Of a DNA stretch of 64,000 nucleotides, positions 63,980-64,000 are shown in pieces; positions within the stretch are counted from its first letter, which is position 1, and each line of letters begins with the position of its first letter. The DNA comes from Hemiscyllium ocellatum (Eukaryota). Both the position numbers and the translations under genes were made by a program. The notes beneath the pieces were generated by a model, which searched no databases, was not told the origin of the DNA, and saw only the letters and a program-made list of their open reading frames with translations. The stretch is taken from contig NC_083409.1 of assembly GCF_020745735.1 (NCBI RefSeq), positions 17,566,341-17,630,340 of the forward strand, in the 5' to 3' direction.

Positions 63980-64000
63980 GTTGACGAGAGAGACATAGAA
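55400..64000 (+). repeat. Segmental duplication, copy 2 (runs off the window end)
   Basis: Starts immediately after the gap with AGTGCTATCAATCAGCACC (= 1320) and ends with GAGAGACATAGAA (= 10170). Confidence 0.97.

Noticed and set aside
12647-64000. Additional V, D or J segments, or a germline-joined VJ
   Set aside because: No further FGXG with RSS, or YYC with RSS, was seen on either strand. The single V and J are split, with intact RSSs.

Overview
Vertebrate genomic DNA from a cartilaginous fish (shark-type HE1/V-SINEs, CR1 LINEs and Penelope elements; species not determinable from the window). The one recognisable host gene is an apparently intact, unrearranged immunoglobulin light-chain cluster on the + strand: promoter, leader (11567-11615), V (11802-12112) with 12-RSS, 23-RSS with J (12612-12646), an 11.8-kb J-C intron and C (24486-24814) with a polyA signal at 25311. 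It is assigned by recalled sequence similarity to the elasmobranch type I / NS5 (sigma-cart) isotype. The structure around it is the most unusual part. (1) An inverted, 5'-truncated copy of the C exon plus its 3'UTR lies at 39031-39827, with an AG at the break. (2) An old, TE-interrupted inverted duplication (about 32600-36565 vs 41460-45620) brackets that copy. (3) The 8.85 kb upstream of the cluster (1320-10170) is repeated directly after a 500-N gap (55400-64000), predicting a second cluster just beyond the window or a haplotype duplication in the assembly. Candidate regulatory sites are a PU.1/CRE/octamer-variant/TATA promoter, an upstream ETS-IRF (EICE) module and a near-consensus CTCF site downstream of C. 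Other items: a foamy/loki-like endogenous retroviral RT remnant, several Penelope fold-back elements with target-site duplications, a nested solo LTR, a template-switch hairpin private to one duplicate, and an interstitial telomeric tract. Repeat boundaries and percent identities are by-eye estimates; no database search was run.
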